From UHGV virus genome UHGV-0159558: a stretch of 39,313 nt of DNA; one strand, given 5' to 3'. Each line of letters starts with the position of its first letter. The stretch's first letter is position 1. Both the position numbers and the translations under genes were made by a program. Below, piece after piece: positions 16,752-27,506 of the stretch. This stretch comes from a virus. The notes beneath the pieces are model-generated. The model made no database searches. It was not told where the DNA came from and saw nothing but the letters and a program-made list of their open reading frames with translations.

Positions 16752-17351
16752 ATGAGTTTTATGTTAGCTGCAATGCTACTCTCACAAGGAGTAAATATTA
16801 TAGGTAGTCTTAATAGTGCCAAGCAAGCAAAACTTGAGGGAGGAGTTCAAAAAAAGGCTGCTGAATTAAATGCTGAAACCCAAAGAACAACAGTAATAGA
16901 ACAGTATACAGATATATTTTCTAAGCAAACATCGGAGCTAGCCTCACAGTCTGCTATATTTGCTAATGCTGGAATAGATAAAGCAGGGTCACTCTTTAGA
17001 CAAGGTATGAGAGCACATGAAAGAAACTTCCTAGATAGTAAAGCTGATATGGAAAGTGATATGAGAAATATAGATCTCAACTTGAAGTCTCAAAAATATA
17101 ATATAGATTCTCAAGTTAGAGCTAAGAAAAACGAGGCTTACTCTAATGTGGTTAGTGGACTTATGAATATGGCTACTACATATATGGGGTATAGTATAAA
17201 TAAAGGAACAGACCTTAACAGTATTAGTGGTGGTAGAAGTGCTGCACAAGCTGGAAGTTCTTCAACTGTATTAGGCGGAAAAGCTATTAACACTTCATTG
17301 AATTTAGATATTTTTGGTAATAAACCTAAATATCCAGGATTAGGGTGGTAG
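16752..17351 (+). CDS. virion protein (199 aa; internal protein candidate)
   Basis: GGAGGA RBS before ATG 16752 (the ORF track starts at 16701). Helical and Gln/Ser-rich. Confidence 0.4.
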   Translation: MSFMLAAMLLSQGVNIIGSLNSAKQAKLEGGVQKKAAELNAETQRTTVIEQYTDIFSKQTSELASQSAIFANAGIDKAGSLFRQGMRAHERNFLDSKADMESDMRNIDLNLKSQKYNIDSQVRAKKNEAYSNVVSGLMNMATTYMGYSINKGTDLNSISGGRSAAQAGSSSTVLGGKAINTSLNLDIFGNKPKYPGLGW

Positions 17352-17354
17352 AAA

Positions 17355-19454
17355 ATGAATAATAACCAAGGAATTATAATAGATCCTACTAAATCAAATA
17401 AGATGATACAATCCCCGCAAGTAAGTGCACCTAGTGTAAGTGACAGTAGTATGTCACTAGGCATAACTAAAGCAGTATCTAATGGAATTATGGACTTAGG
17501 AATGGCATATCAAAAGTTAAAAGATTTTCAGTCAAAATCATTTGGGCTTACAGCGGAAGCGAGTATAGATGATGATATATCTAATTTCATGTTAGAAATG
17601 CAAACTAACAAGGATATATACAAGACAGGAGATGGAATAAATAACTTAAAGGCTAAAATAGAGGAGAAAATAGCTACATATAGAAAGACTTCATTAGAAC
17701 AAGGGTATGATATGGAATATGCTGACGCATTTGAAGCACGTTTTAGACAAAAATTACAAATGGCTGAAAATAATTTTTTAGTAAAAAACTATGAATACCA
17801 AGAAAAGGTGACCCTAGACAACTATATTCACTCTCAAGAAATGGCTCAACAAAATAATGAGAGATATATGGCGTTAGGAGATTATAGTTCTGCACTAGCT
17901 GGTACACAGCAAGTTATAAATAATATGATTAGTGCTGGGAATGCAGGTATTATAGATATGGCAAAAGTTGCTACAGGAATTAAAGGTGTATGGAAAGGTA
18001 ACTTTAATGCCTTTGGACTAAGCTTAATTAATAAACCAAATGCACAAGCTTTATTAGATAAATATTCTAAGATGACTGCTGGAGAGTTCTTTGAAGAGTT
18101 TAAAAATTTCAACACCAAAATCAATGGTGAAGATTTTATGATTGGTGCTGATGAGTATGAAGAATTTAAGAGCGGGATAAACCAAGCTCAAGCAGAATTT
18201 AATAGAAGAGGGAAAGCTGAAAAACAAATGAGTTTGATAGAGCAACAAAAACTATTAACAAGATGTAAAACAGAGCCTTTTTTAGTTTATGCTGAACAAA
18301 ATAATCTTCCAGCTAATTACAAATGGGGAGAAAAGGATTTTGTAGGAGTTAGTAATATTTACTATGGAACTAATTTCTCTACATTACAAGAGTTTTATAA
18401 AGCTGGGCTAGAGCCTATATATCAATCTAAAGGAATGGCAGACCTAAGTACTTTATATGATGACCCAAATGCTAGAATGGAAGTTATAATGAGTAATAAA
18501 AATGCTATGAGAAATCAATTTGTAGGCGGAATGAGTGAAGATATACAAAATGATTATTTAGATAACACTGATAAGGATAATGGGCTTGGAAGTTTATCAA
18601 CTAACGCTTATTATAACGATGTTGAATTTTATTCAATTATGAATGATACTTATAGCCCAAATAACAGAATAGCTGCTAATACCTTTAATAAAGAAGTTGT
18701 GGACACAAGTGTTATAAATCTAAATCAATATCAAGATGATGAGCTGGATAGTATAAATCTTGTATCAGGTGGAAAATATGAAATAAAAACAGTACTAGAC
18801 CCTGAAACTGGAGAATATAAAGATGTTAGAGTTAAGAGTAATGCACATGGACCAGCTCCAGATATAGGAGCTAAATACAATTCCCTTATAGCTAATGCTA
18901 GAAAAGGAGATAAACAAGCTTTGAGAGCTACTGACGACATTTTAAAGTTTAGATCTACAAAAATTAAAGCTAAATTAATAGAAGATACAGGAGGAGTTAT
19001 TACAAAGGATTTAGCAGATGAGGCAGGATTGGAAGATAAATATGTAGGGTTGCCAATAGCAGCTCAAAGTAAAAATATCCAACAACAACTTTATGATGCC
19101 TTTACACGTGAAAATAAGGATTTTATGGAGCAACTAGATAGTGAAACGAAAGTTGTTATAGATGGAATGACTAAAGATTTTACACCTGTAGACCTAGGAA
19201 CTAAAGGTGTTATATTTGTGGGTAAAGATATCACACCTGTTCAAACTTCAAATTCAATAAATCAATTTTTAGCTACTAACAAATCTTATGTATTTTCAAC
19301 AGATGGAAAAGGAGAAGTAAAAAAATTAGAGGTTGCACCATCTTTAATAAATGTTACTAATAAGCTTGGAAGTAATAAAGTGTTTTTAACTTATGGTAAT
19401 CAACCTTTAAGAGATGAACAAGGAAAAATTCAATATATAGAGGTGGATAAATGA
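17355..19454 (+). CDS. large virion or internal protein (699 aa)
   Basis: GGGTGG RBS. Translationally coupled to neighbouring genes. Confidence 0.4.
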   Translation: MNNNQGIIIDPTKSNKMIQSPQVSAPSVSDSSMSLGITKAVSNGIMDLGMAYQKLKDFQSKSFGLTAEASIDDDISNFMLEMQTNKDIYKTGDGINNLKAKIEEKIATYRKTSLEQGYDMEYADAFEARFRQKLQMAENNFLVKNYEYQEKVTLDNYIHSQEMAQQNNERYMALGDYSSALAGTQQVINNMISAGNAGIIDMAKVATGIKGVWKGNFNAFGLSLINKPNAQALLDKYSKMTAGEFFEEFKNFNTKINGEDFMIGADEYEEFKSGINQAQAEFNRRGKAEKQMSLIEQQKLLTRCKTEPFLVYAEQNNLPANYKWGEKDFVGVSNIYYGTNFSTLQEFYKAGLEPIYQSKGMADLSTLYDDPNARMEVIMSNKNAMRNQFVGGMSEDIQNDYLDNTDKDNGLGSLSTNAYYNDVEFYSIMNDTYSPNNRIAANTFNKEVVDTSVINLNQYQDDELDSINLVSGGKYEIKTVLDPETGEYKDVRVKSNAHGPAPDIGAKYNSLIANARKGDKQALRATDDILKFRSTKIKAKLIEDTGGVITKDLADEAGLEDKYVGLPIAAQSKNIQQQLYDAFTRENKDFMEQLDSETKVVIDGMTKDFTPVDLGTKGVIFVGKDITPVQTSNSINQFLATNKSYVFSTDGKGEVKKLEVAPSLINVTNKLGSNKVFLTYGNQPLRDEQGKIQYIEVDK

Positions 19455-22400
19455 TAGAAACTGTTAGAATAGGAGAAAACGCAATAGAATCAGACCTAGC
19501 TACAGGATATAAAATAGATACTAACTATTACAATCAGCATAAAGAGGAGATTGATAGATTTTCTTCAAGAATGGGTAAAACTTCATATGATATACCACAA
19601 TTAGAAATAGTTGGAGATATTTTTAGCGGTGCAAAAAACACCGCTAAATCTGTATATTATTCTTGGTTAGGGGCAGCATATAAAGCGGCAACAGGAGAAA
19701 CTCAACCAATAGACTTTATAAGAAAAGCAGAGGAAAATCATATTAAATATAAAAACCTTACTGATGATATTAGAGAAGAATATAGAAGAAAAATTGAAAT
19801 TGAACCTAATGCCACTCAAAGATTTACAGCTAGTATGGCAGCCGAAAGTTTAAGAGTAGTAACAGATTTAAGACAACTACCAGCACTTGTTGGAACAAGT
19901 TTATTTTCGCCAGTAGTTGCTGGATATATCGGAGCTACTACAACAATAGGGAAAATAGGAACTGCTATGGCTTTAAATGGATTTGAAAATCTAGTAGAAG
20001 ATAATGTTGACACATATTTCACTGATGGAAGATTTCAAACTTTGGAAGAAAATATATATTCCTTTGGTGGTGGAGCTGGTGGAGCTTTGATTTTCCAAGG
20101 ACTAGGTTATGGAGTTAAAGCTGGAATAAATGCCGCTAGTAAAAAATTAGATAATATGGCAAATAGAAAGGTTACTAGAGAACTAGCTCTTAATATTTTT
20201 AAAGACGCTTCTAAAAAAATAGACGCAGAATCGGCTATAAATAAGGGTGATACAACTGTTAGAGATTACAATAACATTACTAAGACAGTTGATAATCTAA
20301 AAGAGATAAATGATATTAAAGGAACTGCTGGCTCTGAACAAGCGGTTATTGATAAGCATTTATATGTTAATGAGGTTAGTAGTGCAGAAGCTAAAAATAG
20401 ATCTGGAATAATTATGCAAAAAGTTATTTCAGACCCTGAAATAGATTTTATAAAAAACAGTACTGATTTTACTAATTACATCTCTAAAGATGAGAAAGGT
20501 TTTGTAGCCCTTATAAAAGCAGTGAGAGATAAAGGTATGCTTACTGAAAAAGAAGTAGAAGCCTTTGATTATTTCTTAGATATGTTTGATTCTAAAAAAA
20601 TAACTGATATAAGATTTGATACACAAGGTGCAGTAGATGAGATAAATAGCAATATTAATTCTATAATTAATAGCTACAATCCTATATTCGAAGATGAAAG
20701 AACACAACTATTTAGAGTTGATGAAGAAACTTTTATAAACAACAGAACTAAGATTAAGCATAATTACAAAGATTTTCCAAAAGGCACATTAATTACAAGA
20801 CTTGAAAAAGAGGGGATAATTCCTTCAGGAGCAAAGGTTAATTTTGTAAGGGGCAATATTGATAAAATACCTTATACTGTTAAAAGCAATTTAAACGCTG
20901 ACGGAAACCCTGTATATATTAAAAAGAAATGGTTAAAAGGTGATGAGCGTATTCAATTTGAATATGAATTAAATGGCAAAAAATACTATGGAGAACTAAC
21001 TTTAACAAAAGACAACGGATATTTAGGTAATATTTATGAGCTAGATACTAAAGCACCGAAAGGAACTAAGGAAAATATTACCCCTAAAAAACCAGTTAAA
21101 AACATAGTAGATGATATGAACGGAACTCCAGAGCCTATAAAGCCAACTACAGAAGCAGACCTTGTGTCAATGGTTAGTAAATCTCTTGGACTTGATAAAA
21201 AATATAATTCTAAATTAGGACTAGAAGATAGTGTTTTAAAAATCCAAAAAAGAGTTGGAGAAATAGTTAGAAAGAAATATAATGTTAATTCCATTGAAGA
21301 TATGATAAACAGTTATCAAATTGGGTATGATATAGATTTTTCATATAAAGGTAAAAAAACTATGGATTCTCTAGGAGAAACAAGAATTATAAATAAAGAT
21401 GGTAGAAGAGTTGTTGAAGTGTATTTAAGTGATAAAATTAATGATTTAGATACAGAACTAGGAGTAATGAGGCACGAAATACAACACATTATTGACTTAT
21501 ACCAAAATCCAGACTTTAAAAGCAAAGCATTTTCATATATAGATGGAATGGAAGATTCAACTATTGAAGAGGTGCTAAATAAAGTTGGTAGTGGACATTT
21601 TGCTGGATTTGATGATACATATTTTGAAATATCATATATTTTAAGAAATCAAATGGATAACCTTGTAAGAGACGGAAAGATAGATGATGAAGTTGCAGAG
21701 ATATTAAAACTTGAAATTCCTAAAAACGCAGATTCTCTCGACGCTAAAGTTACGGAAAGTATAGTTAAAGGGGCTATGGCAGAAAATGACCCAGCAGTTG
21801 CAATAGCAAAACTTAGAAAAGAATTAAGTACTTACACTAAATGGAAAAAAGATTTGCACGACATTTTCTTCAATGCTAGTACAACAGCAGAGGCTACTAC
21901 AAATGTAGGAGAATGGCTAGAAACTAATCTATTTATACCATTTGAAAAAGTAGACCAACAAATGAAAGGTATGATTCTTGGACTTATGGAGATAGAGGAT
22001 AAAATGGGTAGTATTCTTAGTCCTAAAGAGTTATGTGATACGTTTGATAAAGGAGGACTTGCAAGGTATTTGTTTAGATGGGATAGCAAATTACCAGATA
22101 ATCTTAAATACTTAGAACCTAAGCTACTTGAAACTAAAAAAGAGTTTTATAAGATTATGAAAGATTTAACACAAGGCAGTGAATTAACTCCAGAGGATAT
22201 AGTTAATAACTTTATGTTCGACCAAGGACTTAGTGTAGAAAAATATTTACAAAAAGAAGAACTTGTTAAATTTTTAGATGAGAATAAAAACCTTGATTTA
22301 GGTAAATTAATTAGAGGTAAAATGTCATTTGATGATGTAACAGGAATAGAGATTCCAGAAAGATTAAGAAATATAAGAGATAGATTTGCAGAGGAAAATT

Positions 22401-24343
22401 TAGAATTTTTTAGGTCTGCACCAGAAGTTTTAGAAGCTAAACTTAAAAGCAAAAAGAAAATGAGTAAATCTGAAATACTAAAAGAACTTGAAAGAGCTAG
22501 AAATTGTATGTCTAAAGAAGATAAAATAAATCTTGTAAAAAAATATAAGCTAGATGAAATAGACGGAGTGAGCAACTATATAGAAAAAAGTAATTTTTAT
22601 GCAGATGTAGAACCTAATAAAATAGCTGAAAATATTTTAGAAACCAAGAAAAGAAATGCTAAATATATGTATAGTATGGACTTAATGAGTAAAAGAGGAG
22701 ATATTAAATATAATCATTATCTAGGAACTCACCTAAATAGATTTGGTAGATTCGAGAGGTATTTGAATGAGGATATGCTAATCTCTAAAGATTCTCTAAG
22801 AAAGCTTGTAGATAAAAATAGTACTGGCGATAGAAATGCTATCCATAAATTTATAAATGAAATTTCAGCAGCTAAAGCTATGCAAGAGGTACTACCAAAC
22901 GGAGGATATAATACAGTTAAACATATCTTAGATAGACTGCAAGAGTTTGGAGCTAATGCAGATTTCCAAACTTATGCTAGAGATATAGAGGGTAAAATGA
23001 AAGAGAGAATAGGTATGCGTCTAGGAGTTGTTACTAAACCGCCTAAACAATTCTTAGATAAAGCTGTTATTAATCTATTAAGCCTTAGTAACAAGGTGAG
23101 TTTAACTGGGCTTAAAGCTTTTAAAGATTTTGTATTTGAAGCACCAACAATAGCTAGAGCTTCTACAATGCTTTATGGTAGAAGTGGAATAGTTGATACT
23201 ATAAAGCAATTTATGAAAGCGGCACAAGTCTTACATTTAAGTAAAGAAATGTATGATAAGGTTGATAAAGCTATGGGTAAAAGATTTGAAAATTCTGTTC
23301 CTATAAAATTCATAAGTTCTGTAATGGATAGTGCAGATGATTATGTAGGGTTAAGACATGAAAGGATAATGAAATATGGAAGTAAAGCTGAAAAAGCTAT
23401 GAGTTCAGTAGATAATGGACTTAATAAATTAAATCTTTATGGAGAAACTCAAAAGATAATGAAACTAGCCTCTTTCTTTATAGCTTCCGAAACTCTAAGA
23501 GATATAGGAAAATATGCTGACATAGATGACTTATTTAAGCATAACACTAACTATATGAAAAGATTATTTGATAATGTAGGAATAAATGATTTAGATTATC
23601 ACTTTATAAAAAAATTAGATACTATCCAAAGTTTTAGAGAAGGTATCTTTTCAGAAGTTGATGTTTTTGATATGATAACTAAAACTGATATGGAAAAGAA
23701 ACTCGGTAGAGTGCTTGCTGATGAAGAATTTGAACTAATGAAAAAGAGTGTAAGTGACAAAATAGTTAAATTATATGATAAGATAGCTACCGATGTATCA
23801 CCAACAGAGGCTAATCCGTCGATGAGAGCAGCAATAGAAAATATTAGAAACCCTGTCCACAGAAACTTTATGCGTCTTATGGGTAACTTCAAAACTTCTA
23901 TCAATGAACAATGGCGTAGATTAGGAAGAGATTTTTATTTATCCAATATGAATGATGGTAAATTTGATTGGGGTAACAAAATATGGCAAAAAAGATTATT
24001 TAAACATTTAGCAGCACTTCCTGTCTTTTATGGAGGGATTGCACTAATTAGTGACCCAGAGTTTTATGCTGACCCTGTAGCTACAATAAATGATAAAGTA
24101 GATGAACTTATAGATAATCCAGGATCTAATTTTTGGAATTTAGTTGATACTCAAATAAATACATGGGCATTAGTAAATGGAGCTGCAGCTGTAAGGCGTC
24201 CAATTACTATATCTCAAAATCTTTTAAAAGGAGATATTGACAAGGCATTTGTTAATATGATGAAACTAGGTATAGGAACTTCAAACTTTAACCTAGCAAC
24301 AGGAGCATATGAAAAATTCCAAGATATAGAAGATGAATTTTAG
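19451..24343 (+). CDS. giant internal virion or ejection protein (1630 aa) with an HExxH zinc-metallopeptidase motif
   Basis: GAGGTGGA RBS and ATGA overlap. Carries MRHEIQHIID (HExxH) near the middle and a glycine-rich GGGAGGALIFQGLGYG segment near the N-terminus. The size matches podovirus core proteins. Confidence 0.45.
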   Translation: MIETVRIGENAIESDLATGYKIDTNYYNQHKEEIDRFSSRMGKTSYDIPQLEIVGDIFSGAKNTAKSVYYSWLGAAYKAATGETQPIDFIRKAEENHIKYKNLTDDIREEYRRKIEIEPNATQRFTASMAAESLRVVTDLRQLPALVGTSLFSPVVAGYIGATTTIGKIGTAMALNGFENLVEDNVDTYFTDGRFQTLEENIYSFGGGAGGALIFQGLGYGVKAGINAASKKLDNMANRKVTRELALNIFKDASKKIDAESAINKGDTTVRDYNNITKTVDNLKEINDIKGTAGSEQAVIDKHLYVNEVSSAEAKNRSGIIMQKVISDPEIDFIKNSTDFTNYISKDEKGFVALIKAVRDKGMLTEKEVEAFDYFLDMFDSKKITDIRFDTQGAVDEINSNINSIINSYNPIFEDERTQLFRVDEETFINNRTKIKHNYKDFPKGTLITRLEKEGIIPSGAKVNFVRGNIDKIPYTVKSNLNADGNPVYIKKKWLKGDERIQFEYELNGKKYYGELTLTKDNGYLGNIYELDTKAPKGTKENITPKKPVKNIVDDMNGTPEPIKPTTEADLVSMVSKSLGLDKKYNSKLGLEDSVLKIQKRVGEIVRKKYNVNSIEDMINSYQIGYDIDFSYKGKKTMDSLGETRIINKDGRRVVEVYLSDKINDLDTELGVMRHEIQHIIDLYQNPDFKSKAFSYIDGMEDSTIEEVLNKVGSGHFAGFDDTYFEISYILRNQMDNLVRDGKIDDEVAEILKLEIPKNADSLDAKVTESIVKGAMAENDPAVAIAKLRKELSTYTKWKKDLHDIFFNASTTAEATTNVGEWLETNLFIPFEKVDQQMKGMILGLMEIEDKMGSILSPKELCDTFDKGGLARYLFRWDSKLPDNLKYLEPKLLETKKEFYKIMKDLTQGSELTPEDIVNNFMFDQGLSVEKYLQKEELVKFLDENKNLDLGKLIRGKMSFDDVTGIEIPERLRNIRDRFAEENLEFFRSAPEVLEAKLKSKKKMSKSEILKELERARNCMSKEDKINLVKKYKLDEIDGVSNYIEKSNFYADVEPNKIAENILETKKRNAKYMYSMDLMSKRGDIKYNHYLGTHLNRFGRFERYLNEDMLISKDSLRKLVDKNSTGDRNAIHKFINEISAAKAMQEVLPNGGYNTVKHILDRLQEFGANADFQTYARDIEGKMKERIGMRLGVVTKPPKQFLDKAVINLLSLSNKVSLTGLKAFKDFVFEAPTIARASTMLYGRSGIVDTIKQFMKAAQVLHLSKEMYDKVDKAMGKRFENSVPIKFISSVMDSADDYVGLRHERIMKYGSKAEKAMSSVDNGLNKLNLYGETQKIMKLASFFIASETLRDIGKYADIDDLFKHNTNYMKRLFDNVGINDLDYHFIKKLDTIQSFREGIFSEVDVFDMITKTDMEKKLGRVLADEEFELMKKSVSDKIVKLYDKIATDVSPTEANPSMRAAIENIRNPVHRNFMRLMGNFKTSINEQWRRLGRDFYLSNMNDGKFDWGNKIWQKRLFKHLAALPVFYGGIALISDPEFYADPVATINDKVDELIDNPGSNFWNLVDTQINTWALVNGAAAVRRPITISQNLLKGDIDKAFVNMMKLGIGTSNFNLATGAYEKFQDIEDEF

Positions 24344-24350
24344 AAAAAAA

Positions 24351-24368
24351 TTTCGAGAGCTCTCGAAA
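24351..24368. promoter_or_regulatory. perfect 18-bp palindrome TTTCGAGAGCTCTCGAAA (copy 1 of a dispersed motif; candidate parS or operator)
   Basis: Seen directly. A second perfect copy is at 33761-33778; near-copies are at 38438-38455, 38864-38877 and 37549-37570. Confidence 0.5.
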
Positions 24369-24372
24369 AAAT

Positions 24373-24401
24373 TTGAAACTTCTAAGTAATAATGTTAATA
24401 T
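24373..24401 (+). promoter_or_regulatory. promoter-like element TTGAAA-17-TAATAT, part of the 24-mer AAAAATTTGAAACTTCTAAGTAAT that recurs at 36043
   Basis: -35 and -10 hexamers with a 17-nt spacer. The whole element is repeated with one mismatch 11.7 kb downstream. Confidence 0.45.
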
Positions 24402-24415
24402 AACCATAAGAAATA

Positions 24416-24490
24416 CAGGCAACTTAATAGGTTGCCTTTTTCCATTTTTATAAAATCCGAGAAAGCGACCTAGAGAGGTCGCTTTTTTAT
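24416..24490 (+). terminator. two tandem intrinsic terminators (AGGCAAC-TTAATAG-GTTGCCT + T5; AGCGACC-TAGAGAG-GTCGCT + T6)
   Basis: Two perfect-stem hairpins each followed by a T-run, between the promoter-like element and the terL gene. Confidence 0.65.
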
Positions 24491-24506
24491 TTAGTTAATA
24501 AAATAA

Positions 24507-26084
24507 ATGGAGGTGGTAAAGTTGGGGTTTGGATTATCTACTAGACAGGAACGTAGAAAAGTAACTGTATCCTATGAAAAGGTTATAAAGAAAATGCACC
24601 TAGGACAACAAGAAATGGTTCGTGAAGTCCTAAAAGGTGAGAAAAAATATTTCGCTCTTATGGCTCACCGTAGATATGGGAAAGACTTCTTAGCGTTAAT
24701 AGTCCTTATTCTATGTGCTGTTAAATATCCTGGAAACTACTATATCTTTGCACCATATTTTAGACAGGCTAAAGAGATTGTAGTTGACGGAAAAACGCTT
24801 GACGGAGTACCTATGATTGAAAATCTATTCCCTAGAGTGCTGCTAAAAAATCCGAAATCTCAATTCATAGTAAATAGGTCTGACTGGTCTATCACTCTTT
24901 ACAACAATTCAAAGATATTCATTCGTGGAGCAGACAACCCTAATAGTAACGTAGGGGTTGGAGCTAGAGGAATAATCTACACCGAGGCTGCTCTAATGAA
25001 ACCAGGATTCTACCAATATATGAAACCAGCTATCGACGCAGTAATTAATAAAACTGGTTTCGGAGTAGTAATCTTTATTTCTACTCCAAGGGGTAAAGAT
25101 AACTGGTTCACAAGACTATTTGTAGACTACTTTAAAAAGTTTGATAAACACCCAGAAATTAAAAAACTTTGGTATGTGGATATTCAAAGAGCAAGTGAAT
25201 CTAAAGCTTGGAATGGTAACCCTGTAATGAATATTGTAGAAAGAGAGAAACAAAAGGCTGAAATGTTACCAGAGATTTATGCACAAGAATATGAATGTGC
25301 ATTAAACACAAGTTGTATGGGAGCTTATTATACGGACCAAATAGCACAAGCTATAAAGGATAAAAGAATTGGTAGGTTTGGAAAATATGAAGAGACTTAC
25401 GATGAGTATGCAAATACTAAGCTTGAATATATGGGATACTATTTCAAACATGCCCCTTTATATGTATCTTGGGATATAGGAAAACGTGACCACACAGTTA
25501 TATGGTTTTTTCAAATAAACCCAAGTAATGGCAATATAAGGTTTATCCATCACTACAGAAATAAAGGCGTTGGAGCAGACCATTTTTGTGAGTATATTAA
25601 AAACTATGTAAAAGGTAAATACTTTGGTAGTGAACCTATAATGATATTACCTCACGATGGAGATGTAGAAGAATGGACATCAACCTCAAAAAGAAGTGAC
25701 TACATTAGAGAGTTCTTCTTTAGCGATGTAAGAGTACTATCAAAAACAGACTTAGCAGGAGCTAATATGGCTACCCTTATGGCACAGATAAACAAGATTA
25801 GATTCTTGTTTACAAGAGTAGAGATTGATTCCGAGGAGTGCAACATAGGGCTAGATAAACTTAGAAGCTATATTAAAAAGTATGATAAGAACAAACAGGA
25901 ATATGTAGATATTCCAGACCATGACGCTAATGATAAAGCCTCGGATGACGCAGATTCATTCAGAACAGCTATGATTTACTATGATTTGTATTTAAAAATT
26001 CAACCAGGATTTGAAAAATTTGAAAATACTGTATTTGATACAGGAGGAGCTATAACTTATGAAGATGAAGATTATTTCTTTTAA
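24507..26084 (+). CDS. terL: terminase large subunit
   Basis: Walker-A-like MAHRRYGKDF. An IIYTEAALM segment. RNaseH-like nuclease Asp motifs WDIGKRDH, ILPHDGDVEEW and DHDANDKASDD. ISTPRGKDNWF segment. Possible TTG start at 24522 after GGAGGTGG. Confidence 0.7.
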   Translation: MEVVKLGFGLSTRQERRKVTVSYEKVIKKMHLGQQEMVREVLKGEKKYFALMAHRRYGKDFLALIVLILCAVKYPGNYYIFAPYFRQAKEIVVDGKTLDGVPMIENLFPRVLLKNPKSQFIVNRSDWSITLYNNSKIFIRGADNPNSNVGVGARGIIYTEAALMKPGFYQYMKPAIDAVINKTGFGVVIFISTPRGKDNWFTRLFVDYFKKFDKHPEIKKLWYVDIQRASESKAWNGNPVMNIVEREKQKAEMLPEIYAQEYECALNTSCMGAYYTDQIAQAIKDKRIGRFGKYEETYDEYANTKLEYMGYYFKHAPLYVSWDIGKRDHTVIWFFQINPSNGNIRFIHHYRNKGVGADHFCEYIKNYVKGKYFGSEPIMILPHDGDVEEWTSTSKRSDYIREFFFSDVRVLSKTDLAGANMATLMAQINKIRFLFTRVEIDSEECNIGLDKLRSYIKKYDKNKQEYVDIPDHDANDKASDDADSFRTAMIYYDLYLKIQPGFEKFENTVFDTGGAITYEDEDYFF

Positions 26085-26102
26085 AGGAGGGAGCAAAGGA
26101 AG

Positions 26103-27494
26103 ATGTTAGAGTTTAAAAAAGAATATTTTCAAACAGAAACAAATAGACACCTATACCCTACAACTCTTGACCTCTCGAAAGCAGAAGTCTATGGGTGCAA
26201 GGATAGAGAAGCGTATATGTATAAGATACCTAATGATAGATATGCAAGCAATGCTGGTAATATAGACTTTTCTCTATATCCTAACGGGGTATGGAGTGAC
26301 TATACAGGGATAAAAATAGTTGAAAGATTACCGTTTTTTCAACCTAGTATCAATTTTAATAAGCTAGGAGATATAACACCTACTAACCTTAATAAACTTA
26401 AAGATGAAATTAAAAAACATATAGTTGATATTGAAACTGCTATTATGGAAAATTATATATTTATAGACACTAAAAATGCTGGACAAAACAATTTACCATA
26501 TTTACCAGATGATTGTGTATGGTTTAGAAATGGAATTACTGGAAATATAGAAGCACTGCCAGTGGGAGAACTATATGATAAATATAAAAGTATGATAGAT
26601 AAAGTCTATAACGATGTGTATAAATTATTATTAAAAGATAAAGAAGCTATGTCACAGGAACTTAAAGAACTGTTAGCCGAAGCTATGAAGCAATTAGAAA
26701 ATTTTAAAGTAGAAGCACAAGAACAGTTTAGAGAAGAATTAAAAAAAATAGAAAATAAAACCAAAATAGAGATAGAATCTTATGTCATAGATGATATAAA
26801 ACCTGGCATAAATTCTTTTGCAGAAGAAAAAAAAGAAGAACTCCAACAATTTATAGATGAAAACAAAGCTAATCTTAAAGGGAACAAGGGAGATAAAGGG
26901 GACAAAGGAGACCCAGGACCTAAAGGAGATTCTATAAAAGGAGATAAAGGAGATATAGGACCTCGTGGGGAAAAAGGGGATATAGGACCTGTTGGTCCTC
27001 GTGGTGAACCAGGACCTACTGGTCCTCGTGGAGAATTTGTAAAAGGAGATAAGGGTGAAAAGGGGGATACAGGAGATACAGGACCTCGTGGGGAAAAGGG
27101 AGACCCAGGACCTACTGGTCCTCGTGGGGATTCTATAAAAGGTGAAAAGGGGGATAAAGGTAATACAGGTCCTGCTGGAGAAAAAGGTGACACAGGAGCT
27201 AGTATAAGTAAAATTACAAGCACTGGAAGTACAGAAGCTGGAAACAATTATTCAGTGCAAACAGATAACGGAGTAATAATAGGAGCTTTCACAGCACCAA
27301 GAGGTCCTAAAGGGATTGATGGGGCTAAAGGTGAAAAGGGAGACAAAGGAGATACAGGAGCAATAGTTACAGCTCAAGGTCAATTCGCTTTTCATGTAGA
27401 TAATAAAGGACATCTTATTTTAACTCACGAAGAGGATACAGCACCTAATTTCTCATTAAGCGAAGACGGGCATTTAATCTACACAATAAATTAA
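26103..27494 (+). CDS. collagen-like tail fibre protein (Gly-X-Y repeats)
   Basis: Long G-X-Y runs (GDKGDKGDPGPKGD, GPRGEKGDIGPVGPRGEPGPTGPRGE). GC-rich codons produce a stop-free shadow ORF on the opposite strand. Confidence 0.65.
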   Translation: MLEFKKEYFQTETNRHLYPTTLDLSKAEVYGCKDREAYMYKIPNDRYASNAGNIDFSLYPNGVWSDYTGIKIVERLPFFQPSINFNKLGDITPTNLNKLKDEIKKHIVDIETAIMENYIFIDTKNAGQNNLPYLPDDCVWFRNGITGNIEALPVGELYDKYKSMIDKVYNDVYKLLLKDKEAMSQELKELLAEAMKQLENFKVEAQEQFREELKKIENKTKIEIESYVIDDIKPGINSFAEEKKEELQQFIDENKANLKGNKGDKGDKGDPGPKGDSIKGDKGDIGPRGEKGDIGPVGPRGEPGPTGPRGEFVKGDKGEKGDTGDTGPRGEKGDPGPTGPRGDSIKGEKGDKGNTGPAGEKGDTGASISKITSTGSTEAGNNYSVQTDNGVIIGAFTAPRGPKGIDGAKGEKGDKGDTGAIVTAQGQFAFHVDNKGHLILTHEEDTAPNFSLSEDGHLIYTIN

Positions 27495-27506
27495 AGGAGG
27501 TAACAA

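Noticed and set aside
26780-27247. 155-aa minus-strand ORF (Pro/Gly/Ser-rich)
   Set aside because: Shadow ORF opposite the GC-rich collagen G-X-Y repeats of the tail-fibre gene. No RBS.
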